Assembly: GCA_965215195.1 (NCBI GenBank)
Contig: CBDCDC010000002.1
Location: forward strand, 2,080,001-2,144,000
Source of the DNA: Candidatus Latescibacterota bacterium
GTDB lineage: Bacteria > Latescibacterota > UBA2968 > UBA8231
Direction: 5' to 3'
Length of the DNA stretch: 64,000 nt
The notes beneath the pieces were generated by a model. That model was given only the letters and a program-made list of their open reading frames with translations, had not been told where the DNA came from and searched no databases. Positions 56,552 through 64,000 of this stretch are shown here, piece by piece; within the stretch, counting starts at the first letter, position 1, and each line of letters begins with the position of its first letter. A program made the position numbers and the translations under genes.

Positions 56552-57544
56552 ATGAGCCAGCCCGCGCCCCAGATCGCCGTTGAAAACTTGGTCAAAACCT
56601 ATCGCATTGCCGAGCGCCGCCCCGGCCTTTGGGGTGCCTTGCGGGGCGTTGTGCAGCGCTCGCATCGCACAATTCGGGCGTTGGACGGCATCTCTTTCTC
56701 ACTCGAAGCCGGCGAACTGGTGGGCTATATCGGCCCCAATGGCGCTGGCAAATCCACTACGGTCAAAATCCTCTCCGGCATCGTCGTGCCCGACTCCGGG
56801 CGCTGCGAGGTCCAAGGCCGCGTCCCTTGGCAGGACCGCATTGGCCACGTCAGTCGCATTGGCGTGGTCTTTGGCCAGCGCACCCAATTGTGGTGGGACT
56901 TGCCGGCCATTGAGTCCTTTGATCTGCTGCGCGACATCTACAAAGTGCCCCCCACCGCCTACCGCCGGCGGCGCGACGCGCTCATCGCCATGTTGGAACT
57001 TTCTTCCTTTCTCGACGTGCCCGTGCGCCAGCTCAGCTTGGGCCAGCGCATGCGCTGCGATTTAGTGGCGGCCCTGCTGCACGGCCCGGGCCTGCTCTTT
57101 TTGGACGAGCCGACCATTGGCCTCGACGCGGTCTCCAAATTGGCGGTGCGCGATTTCATCAAAGAACTCAACCGCCAAGAGGGCACTACCGTCATCCTGA
57201 CCACCCACGACATGGACGATATCGAAGCCCTGTGCAATCGGGTCATGGTCATTGGCGACGGCACCATCCTCTCCGACGGCAGCCTCGCCGATTTGCGCGC
57301 CCGCGTCTCGTCCGAGCGCCGCCTCATCGTCGATCTGGTCGATGCCGCAGCGACCATTGACGACGAGGCCGCCCGCGTCGTGCAGCGCGATGGCCCCCGA
57401 GTGCATCTCAGCTTTGCGCCCGAACGCATTTCGGCCCCGGCCCTCATCAGCCGCATCACGGCCCGCCACGAGGTGCGCGACCTCTTTGTGGAAAACCCGC
57501 CCATTGAGGAAGTCATCGCCCAACTCTACCGGGACCGCCCTTGA
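56552..57544 (+). CDS. ABC transporter ATP-binding protein (ABC-2 type)
   Basis: [26 protein letters not shown]. Confidence 0.95.
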   Translation: MSQPAPQIAVENLVKTYRIAERRPGLWGALRGVVQRSHRTIRALDGISFSLEAGELVGYIGPNGAGKSTTVKILSGIVVPDSGRCEVQGRVPWQDRIGHVSRIGVVFGQRTQLWWDLPAIESFDLLRDIYKVPPTAYRRRRDALIAMLELSSFLDVPVRQLSLGQRMRCDLVAALLHGPGLLFLDEPTIGLDAVSKLAVRDFIKELNRQEGTTVILTTHDMDDIEALCNRVMVIGDGTILSDGSLADLRARVSSERRLIVDLVDAAATIDDEAARVVQRDGPRVHLSFAPERISAPALISRITARHEVRDLFVENPPIEEVIAQLYRDRP

Positions 57545-58335
57545 TGCGGCCCTATCTGTCCGTCCTCAGCGCCCGCATCCGCATGTTGCTGCAGTACCGG
57601 GCCGCGGCCCTAGCCGGCATGAGCACGCAGCTATTTTGGGGACTCATTCGGGTGATGATCTTCGAAGCCTTCTACCGCACTTCGACTCAGGCGCAGCCCA
57701 TGACCTACGCCGAAGTGGTCAATTACGTCTGGCTCGGTCAGGCCCTGTTCGCCCTCTTGCCTTGGAATCCCGACAACGACATCCGCGCCATGGTGCGCAC
57801 GGGCACCGTGGCCTACGAGTTGGTGCGCCCGGTCGATCTATACGCCTTTTGGTACAGCCGCGCCCTCGCCAACCGCATCGCCCCCACCCTGCTGCGCTCG
57901 GTGCCGTTGTTCTGCGTGGCCTTCCTCTTCTTCGGCTTGCAAGCTCCCGCGTCCCCGGCTGCGGCTGCGGCTTGGGCTTTGGCCACGGTGGGCGCGGTCC
58001 TGTTGGGCGGTGCTCTATCCAATTTGGTCAACGTCTCCTTGTTGTGGACCATCGCCGGAGAGGGGACCATTCAAATGCTGGGGGTGTGCATCTACGTTTT
58101 TTCGGGCATGGTGATTCCCTTGCCGCTGTTTCCCGATGGATTCCAACCCATACTCGACTTCATGCCTTTCCGCGGCTTGGCCGATACCCCTTTCCGCCTC
58201 TACATGGGGCACATTCCCGCGTCCCAAGTCTGGTCGGTGGTGGGGCATCAGCTCGCGTGGACTGTGGCCCTAATGGGGTTGGGCCGCTTCCTCCTCTATC
58301 GCGGCACCCGCCGCTTGGTCGTCCAAGGAGGCTGA
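57544..58335 (+). CDS. ABC-2 family permease (DUF990-like)
   Basis: QYR, GTVAYELVRP, FSGMVIPLPLFP, LVVQGG. Confidence 0.85.
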   Translation: MRPYLSVLSARIRMLLQYRAAALAGMSTQLFWGLIRVMIFEAFYRTSTQAQPMTYAEVVNYVWLGQALFALLPWNPDNDIRAMVRTGTVAYELVRPVDLYAFWYSRALANRIAPTLLRSVPLFCVAFLFFGLQAPASPAAAAAWALATVGAVLLGGALSNLVNVSLLWTIAGEGTIQMLGVCIYVFSGMVIPLPLFPDGFQPILDFMPFRGLADTPFRLYMGHIPASQVWSVVGHQLAWTVALMGLGRFLLYRGTRRLVVQGG

Positions 58336-58339
58336 AGCC

Positions 58340-59143
58340 GTGCTCGATGGACTGCGCCTGTACGGCCGCTACATCGGTATCTCCTTCCGCAGCCAAATGC
58401 AGTACCGGGCCTCTTTTGTCATGCTGTCCGTGGGCCAGGGCCTGATGACCGGCCTAGAATTCTTGGGCATCTGGGTGCTCTTCGACCGCTTTGCCGCGCT
58501 CGACACTTGGAGTCTGCCCGAAGTGGCCTTCTTTTACGGCCTCATCAACATCGCCTTTGCCCTGTGCGACGCGTTCTCGCGCGGCTTTGACTTGTTCGCC
58601 GCCACGGTCAAAAGCGGCGACTTCGACCGCCTGCTGCTGCGCCCCCGCAGCACGGCCCTGCAATTGGCCGGACAAGAACTGACCCTCAAACGCATCGGCC
58701 GCCTCACCCAAGGCTTGGCTGTCCTGCTGTGGGCCGCACATGCCCTAGACTTGGCTTGGACGCCGGACAAGCTGGTCCTCGCCGTGCTCACCATTCTCGG
58801 CGGCGCTTGCCTGTTTTACGGCCTCATAGTGCTGCAGGCGACACTCGCTTTTTGGACCATCGAGAGCTTGGAAATCGTCAATACCGTAACCTACGGCGGC
58901 GTGGAGACAGCTCAGTACCCACTGGCTATCTACCGCGAGTGGTTCCGCCGCTTTTTCACCTACGTCATCCCCCTCGCCTGCGTCAGCTATTATCCGGCGC
59001 TGGGGATTTTGGAGCGCCCCGATCCTTTGGGTTCAGGCCCGTTATTCCAATGGCTGGCCCCGGTCGTGGGCCTGCTCTTTTTCGTGCTCTGTCTGCACAT
59101 CTGGCAAGTAGGCGTGCGGCACTACCGCTCTACGGGAAGCTGA
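58340..59143 (+). CDS. ABC-2 family permease (DUF990-like)
   Basis: QMQYRASF, GDFDRLLLRP, QYPLAIY, YRSTGS. Confidence 0.85.
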   Translation: MLDGLRLYGRYIGISFRSQMQYRASFVMLSVGQGLMTGLEFLGIWVLFDRFAALDTWSLPEVAFFYGLINIAFALCDAFSRGFDLFAATVKSGDFDRLLLRPRSTALQLAGQELTLKRIGRLTQGLAVLLWAAHALDLAWTPDKLVLAVLTILGGACLFYGLIVLQATLAFWTIESLEIVNTVTYGGVETAQYPLAIYREWFRRFFTYVIPLACVSYYPALGILERPDPLGSGPLFQWLAPVVGLLFFVLCLHIWQVGVRHYRSTGS

Positions 59144-59194
59144 TGGGAACGCTCTCGTCCGCGAACAGTCCGTCTTGCCCTTCGGCTTCTCATG

Positions 59195-59213
59195 GGATAT
59201 ACTTCGGATATAC
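59195..59213 (+). promoter_or_regulatory. GGATATAC direct repeat, candidate MazE operator
   Basis: Two copies 11 bp apart just upstream of the antitoxin RBS. Confidence 0.4.
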
Positions 59214-59239
59214 ATCACCTTATGAGGAGGTCGGCCAAG

Positions 59240-59485
59240 TTGAGTACAATACAGAAATGGGGAAACAGCCAAGGGCTTCGGTTGGCCAAGGCCATTCTCC
59301 AAGAAGCGCAGCTAAACGTGGGCGACGAAGTGGATATTTCCGTCGAAAACGGGCGAATCATAATTGAGCCTGCGACTAAAATTCGCGGGAGATACGACTT
59401 GCAGGAGTTGTTGGCAAAGATGCCTAAAGAGTACCGAGTTGAAGAACCGGATTGGGGCGGACCTATTGGGAAAGAAGTCTGGTAA
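59240..59485 (+). CDS. mazE: AbrB/MazE-family antitoxin
   Basis: TTG start after AGGAGG; KWGNSQGLRL...DWG.PIGKEVW. Confidence 0.85.
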   Translation: MSTIQKWGNSQGLRLAKAILQEAQLNVGDEVDISVENGRIIIEPATKIRGRYDLQELLAKMPKEYRVEEPDWGGPIGKEVW

Positions 59486-59833
59486 ATGCCCCGTTATATT
59501 CCCCAGAAAGGGGATTTTGTGATTTTGACCTTTGATCCCCAAGCAGGACACGAGCAAAAAGGGCGTCGTCCCGCATTGGTAGTAAGCAACACCCTGTTCA
59601 ATAGGCACACCGGACTTGCCATGGTGTGCCCGATAACTAAGACAAAAAGGAATATCCCTTTTCACGTGGAAGTTCCAAGCGAATCATCCCTTGCGGGGTA
59701 TATCGTGGTCGAACAGATCAAATCCGTTGATTGCGCAAGTCGCAAAGTAACGTTCGTTGGGAAAGCCCCCGGATCAGTACTCGACGAAGTTTTAAGCCTC
59801 CTAGACGCCTGCCTATACAATCCGCTCCAATAA
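59486..59833 (+). CDS. mazF: PemK/MazF-family toxin
   Basis: YIPQKGD...FDPQAGHEQKGRRPALVVS...CPIT. Confidence 0.9.
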   Translation: MPRYIPQKGDFVILTFDPQAGHEQKGRRPALVVSNTLFNRHTGLAMVCPITKTKRNIPFHVEVPSESSLAGYIVVEQIKSVDCASRKVTFVGKAPGSVLDEVLSLLDACLYNPLQ

Positions 59834-59849
59834 AAGCGCATCGTCCACG

Positions 59850-60111
59850 CCGAGACGGCCACAGCCCGTACATGGATTTCACCGTCACCATCTCCGACTC
59901 CGCTCACCCCAAGACTTTGCCGTGACCGACGAGCCGCTCGCATCACCTCATGCACACCTATGACCCCGGCCGCGACGAGACCCACACCATGGCCTATCAT
60001 CAGGGCCGAGTGTTCTTCTTTGCCTTGGGCCACGATAAGGCCGTGCTGGAAAACCCCTCCTTCCAAGAAGTGGTGCGCCGCGGTGCCCTGTGGGTGGGCA
60101 AGCGGTTGTAA
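59850..60111 (+). pseudogene. ThuA-like domain C-terminal remnant
   Basis: DFTVTISDSAHP...GRVFFFALGHD...NPSFQEVVRRGALW; no 5' half. Confidence 0.6.
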
Positions 60112-60150
60112 TTGTGCCGCGCAGACACTCTCTAAGTAGAAAGACAATCA

Positions 60151-60858
60151 ATGACTGAAATACGGGGAGTTTTCTTCGACCTATACGGTACGCTATTGCG
60201 CTATGGCGATATGGAGGCCGCGGGCGACAGTTGGTTCCGCTGCATACGCCGCGAACTGATCGCTTGCGGCCGTGCGTTTGATGGCGAAACACTGATCCGG
60301 GTGTGCGAGGAATTCCTGATCCAACCCGAGCCGCCGGTACAGGACGACGGGCTAACCGTGTACGAGCGCCGCATCCGCGAGTTGGTCGGGGAGTTGGGCT
60401 TGGCGTTAGGCTTGGAGGAATTGCGGCGAATCAGCGCGGCGAGCGTGGCGGCGTGGCACGCACATACGCCGCTCGATCCAGAGGCCAAAGGCGTGCTCGG
60501 CGAGTTGCAAGGCCGCTACAAGCTGGCGCTGATCTCCAATTTCGACCATCCGCCGCACGTGCATCGCTTGCTGGACGAACTGGCCTTGCGCCCCTTTTTC
60601 GACGCGGTGGTCGTCTCCGGCGATGTCGGCGTCAAAAAGCCCGACCCGGCGATCTTTGCCCCAGCCCTAAAGCAGACCGGACTGGCGACGGACGAGGCGC
60701 TCTTCGTCGGCGATTCACCGGAAGACGACGTAGCCGGGGCTAGGGCGGCGGGGCTGCGGCCGGTGTTGATTCGGCGTTCGCTTGGCGCGGACGGATGGAC
60801 AGAGGACGGGGTGCGAGTGGTGACGGGGTTGAGGGAAGTGGTCAGGTTAGTTGGTTAA
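60151..60858 (+). CDS. HAD-superfamily hydrolase
   Basis: FDLYGTL, ISNFD, KKPDP, VGDS.EDD..GA. Confidence 0.9.
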   Translation: MTEIRGVFFDLYGTLLRYGDMEAAGDSWFRCIRRELIACGRAFDGETLIRVCEEFLIQPEPPVQDDGLTVYERRIRELVGELGLALGLEELRRISAASVAAWHAHTPLDPEAKGVLGELQGRYKLALISNFDHPPHVHRLLDELALRPFFDAVVVSGDVGVKKPDPAIFAPALKQTGLATDEALFVGDSPEDDVAGARAAGLRPVLIRRSLGADGWTEDGVRVVTGLREVVRLVG

Positions 60859-60892
60859 TGTTGTGCCTCATATCCTAAAGAAAGGAAACGCG

Positions 60893-62005
60893 ATGGCAAC
60901 GGACGGAACGGTTTTGCAAACGGGCGACCCAGCGGCTGTCGGCATGTCGGCCACCCAACTCGAACGGGCCTTTGGCCTGCTCGCGGCCGCTACCCAAGCA
61001 GGCCAGATCAGCGCGGCCTCCCTGACAGTGGCGCGGCACGGCCAGGAGATCTTCGCACGAGGGACTGGCCAGCGCAAACCCAACACAGGCCAGCCGGTCG
61101 ATGCGGATTCGATCTTTCTCCTCGCGTCGATCACCAAGCCGGTCACAGCTTGCGCCCTGATGATCCTCGTTGACCGCGGGCTAATCTCGCTCGACGACCC
61201 GGCTGCCGACTACCTGCCCGAGTTCACAGGCGGCGACCGGCCCGCCGTCAAGGTCCGCCACCTGCTGTCGCACATATCGGGTATGCCCGACATGCTGCCG
61301 GAGAACGTCAGCCTGCGGCGGGCGCACGAGCCAGTAGAAGTCTTTGTCGAGCGCGCCATGCAGACGCCCCTGCTCTACAAACCAGCGACCGATTTCCGCT
61401 ACCAGAGCAAGGGCATCCTGCTGGCAGCCGCGATCGTCGAGCGCGTCAGCGGCCAGCGGTTGCGCGACTTTGAACGCGAGGAAATTTTCGCGCCGTTGGG
61501 CATGGGGCGCAGCGCGTTGGGCATGGGCGCTTGGGCGCTTGAAGATACGGTGTGGTGCGGGACGGACACCCAAGAGGACGAAGAACTGCGGAGCTGGGGG
61601 TGGAATTCCCCGTACTGGCGCGATTTCGGGGCGCCGTGGGGCGGCATGCACAGCACCGGGCGCGACTTGGCGATCCTCTTGCAAACCATGCTCAACGGCG
61701 GCGCATACGGCGACCAGCGCATCTTCAGCCGAGCTGCGGTCGCGGCCATGACGCGGGACCAGAACGGCGCACTCGACGCGCCGTGGGGCCTTGGATGGGG
61801 CGTATGCGGGGCGCGGGTGTGGGCCTTTTGGGGCGATCTGGTGTCGTCGCGCACCTTCGGCCACACCGGGGCGACTGGCACGGTGGCGTGGGCGGACGCA
61901 GAGCGCCAGCTAAGCTGCGTGGTGCTGACCAACCAAATGGTCGCCAACGGGAGCTTGCTGCGGCGGGTTTCCAACGCGGTATCCGCGGCCGTGGAAGAAG
62001 GCTAG
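60893..62005 (+). CDS. Serine hydrolase, beta-lactamase class C-like family
   Basis: ASITK, LLSHISG, FRYQS, FGHTG. Confidence 0.9.
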   Translation: MATDGTVLQTGDPAAVGMSATQLERAFGLLAAATQAGQISAASLTVARHGQEIFARGTGQRKPNTGQPVDADSIFLLASITKPVTACALMILVDRGLISLDDPAADYLPEFTGGDRPAVKVRHLLSHISGMPDMLPENVSLRRAHEPVEVFVERAMQTPLLYKPATDFRYQSKGILLAAAIVERVSGQRLRDFEREEIFAPLGMGRSALGMGAWALEDTVWCGTDTQEDEELRSWGWNSPYWRDFGAPWGGMHSTGRDLAILLQTMLNGGAYGDQRIFSRAAVAAMTRDQNGALDAPWGLGWGVCGARVWAFWGDLVSSRTFGHTGATGTVAWADAERQLSCVVLTNQMVANGSLLRRVSNAVSAAVEEG

Positions 62006-62218
62006 TGGGCTGTCAAAGTTTATTGCTTAGCTGTCATTCCCGCGCACAGCCTTTTAGGCGGGACATCCACTCTATCAGATAGCAAACTTTTTGCAGGACC
62101 ACTAGTGCCCAAATCCTCTCCGAGTCCTGAGAAAAATTAATTTTGTCAATTTTATTATTGATTTTATTAAATAATATCGCTATTCTATTTGCAAATACAA
62201 TTATTTGGAGGTCTAATC

Positions 62219-62581
62219 ATCAAGGACTGGAAAGAGCTAACCGATCTGACGAAGGGGGCGCGCATCGTGGTGGAGCGGGTTTCCCTGCCGGACAGCGACA
62301 TCGCAATCGAAGGGCAATTCGAGCCGCCTGTGTTGGCGCGTCTCTCGGCCGAAGACCAAGTATTCGTAATGGCCTTCGTCCACGTCCACGGCTCGATCAA
62401 GGAGATGGAGCGCATATTTGGCATTAGCTACCCGACGGTCAAAAACCGGCTGAACGCCATTGCAGAGCAGCTCCAGTTCGTCGAGACAGTGCCTCGCTCA
62501 AATCCCCAATCAGCGACAGTACTCGACAGCTTGGAGAGCGGCGAGATCGACGTCGAAGAGGCACTGCGGAGGCTCTCCTGA
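62219..62581 (+). CDS. DUF2089-family HTH protein, apparent ATC start
   Basis: GSIKEMERIFGISYPTVKNRL; C-terminal LESGEIDVEEAL SHOCT-like; GGAGG-N7-ATC. Confidence 0.75.
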   Translation: MKDWKELTDLTKGARIVVERVSLPDSDIAIEGQFEPPVLARLSAEDQVFVMAFVHVHGSIKEMERIFGISYPTVKNRLNAIAEQLQFVETVPRSNPQSATVLDSLESGEIDVEEALRRLS

Positions 62582-62853
62582 TGCTGCCACCTGTGTTCCT
62601 AAGACTACGGGTTCAGGATGACAAGCGCCGCATTCGGCTGTGGATCCCGCTCATAGTGCTATGGCCGCTCATTGCCGTTGTGGTGCTGCTGGGGACGCCT
62701 GTTGCACTAGTAGCAGTGCGCTCGGGACACCGCCTGCGAGGTCGTTCCGTCCTGCTGGCCGGACCCTTGCTTCTCTACGTGCTTGCCTCGCTGCGCGGCC
62801 TGCGCTGCGACGTAATCTCCGGCGAGGACCGCGTATTCATTTCAATTGACTAG
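62581..62853 (+). CDS. Small hypothetical membrane protein
   Basis: Translationally coupled; IRLWIPLIVLWP hydrophobic segment. Confidence 0.65.
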   Translation: MLPPVFLRLRVQDDKRRIRLWIPLIVLWPLIAVVVLLGTPVALVAVRSGHRLRGRSVLLAGPLLLYVLASLRGLRCDVISGEDRVFISID

Positions 62854-62859
62854 GAGGCT

Positions 62860-63822
62860 GTGATGACTGAACAGCGACGCAAAGTTCTCGACATGCTCTC
62901 GGAGGAGAAGATAACTGTAGAGGAGGCCGAGCGTCTCTTGCAGGCGCTGACCCGCAAGGGGCGCGGAATTGATGCCCCGCTATCTCCGATACCTAACGTT
63001 GGGGCAACCCTATCCGGGTGGTCGGAAAGCGACAAGGGCGGCAAGACGTCCAGGCGCGACGACACTTTCGCAGTGGGTGCCAACCCGCGCCTCGTGGTGC
63101 GCGGCTTCAACGGCCGCATCCGCGTCCATGCCGGCGAACCCGGCTCAATTCGCGTGCGGGCGCGGCTGAAGAATCCCCACTGCATCGAGTACAGCGCCGT
63201 GCAGGAAGGCGACATGGTCACGGTCGAGGCTAAGCCAGATCAGCAATCCAAGGAATTCCCGCCCGGACTCGGACTTTCCCGCCAGCTTGGGGCAAACATT
63301 GAGGTGACTGTGCCCGTCACCACTAGCGTTGACTTGGCGACTAGCAACGGGCCGGTGGAGCTCCGGGGAACAGAGGGCGAAGGGACGGTGCAGACCGAGA
63401 ACGGACCCATAAGGGTCGAAAAATTCAAGGGCGACCTGAACGCGACGACCAAGAACGCCCCCATCTCGGTCAAGACGCTCTCAGGCGTGGCCCAGCTCTC
63501 TACCTCGAACAGCCGCGTATCCATCAAAGACGGGCGCGGCCGGTTTGAGGTGCGGACGATCAACGGGCCGATAAAGTTTCAGGGGAGCATGGAGCCTAAA
63601 AGCCACAACAGACTATCCACCTTGAACGGCAACATCAAAGTAGCCCTAGACGCCGAACCAAGCCTCAAGCTGACGGCTGCGACGACCAACGGGCGAGTCC
63701 GCTGCGAGGTGCCGGGCTTTGTCGCAGCGGTCGAGAAGCGCCACAAGCTCGAGGGGACGCTGGGCACCGGCGAGGCCGAGCTGATCGCCGAGACCAAAAA
63801 CGGCTCCATTGTAGTTCAGTAG
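62860..63822 (+). CDS. DUF4097 (Toastrack) beta-strand repeat protein with N-terminal SHOCT-like domain
   Basis: RRKVLDMLSEEKITVEEAERLL; repeated TxNGxI motifs. Confidence 0.85.
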   Translation: MMTEQRRKVLDMLSEEKITVEEAERLLQALTRKGRGIDAPLSPIPNVGATLSGWSESDKGGKTSRRDDTFAVGANPRLVVRGFNGRIRVHAGEPGSIRVRARLKNPHCIEYSAVQEGDMVTVEAKPDQQSKEFPPGLGLSRQLGANIEVTVPVTTSVDLATSNGPVELRGTEGEGTVQTENGPIRVEKFKGDLNATTKNAPISVKTLSGVAQLSTSNSRVSIKDGRGRFEVRTINGPIKFQGSMEPKSHNRLSTLNGNIKVALDAEPSLKLTAATTNGRVRCEVPGFVAAVEKRHKLEGTLGTGEAELIAETKNGSIVVQ

Positions 63823-63846
63823 CCAATCACGAATAAGAGGCCAGCC

Positions 63847-64000
63847 ATGAGCGAAAACAGCAGACGCGTACTGGAGATGCTATCCGAAGGCAAGGTGTCG
63901 GTTGATGAGGCCGAGCGCCTGCTCTCCCTCGTCGATGAGGAACCCGAAGCGACCGCAGAGGTGCAGCCGCTAGCCCCCCCACGCACGGGAGCGGCCCGGT
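63847..64000 (+). CDS. SHOCT-like domain protein, partial
   Basis: MSENSRRVLEMLSEGKVSVDEAERLL; runs off the window. Confidence 0.75.
   Translation, partial: MSENSRRVLEMLSEGKVSVDEAERLLSLVDEEPEATAEVQPLAPPRTGAAR

Noticed and set aside
60893-62005. Antibiotic-resistance beta-lactamase
   Set aside because: No signal peptide, and the motifs fit the broad esterase/serine hydrolase family; resistance cannot be inferred.

Overview
GC-rich bacterial DNA. The gene repertoire (FlgD-Ig-tailed secreted proteins, CRTAC1/ASPIC-UnbV, TPR, LRR, FN3, several PhyH dioxygenases, a C-terminal TAVExxSWGxIK motif) suggests Candidatus Latescibacterota or a related, possibly sponge-associated lineage; this is an inference, not a classification. 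Layout: 1-21 kb is a large surface-protein/secretion-like locus; 21.4-23.5 kb holds two tandem near-identical secreted proteins with localized hypervariable patches; 23.7-47.7 kb has amtB, toxin-antitoxin remnants, a deleted second copy of the surface-protein locus and a catabolic gene block; 47.7-51.3 kb is repeats and pseudogene fragments; 53-64 kb carries DUF445, a metallophosphoesterase, an AhpD-like selenoprotein, an ABC-2 transporter, mazEF, HAD, a serine hydrolase and a DUF2089/SHOCT/DUF4097 cassette. The most striking signal is two diverged copies (17589-18027 +, 36803-37314 -) of a protein-less IS200/IS605-type element made mostly of a ~300-nt covarying structured RNA resembling an IscB/IsrB omegaRNA (HEARO-like). 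Both copies sit immediately 5' of ATGA, and the element ends restore a host stop codon (copy 1) or ribosome-binding site (copy 2). No tRNA, rRNA, CRISPR array or intact transposase was recognised. All family assignments come from motifs read by eye, not from database searches.
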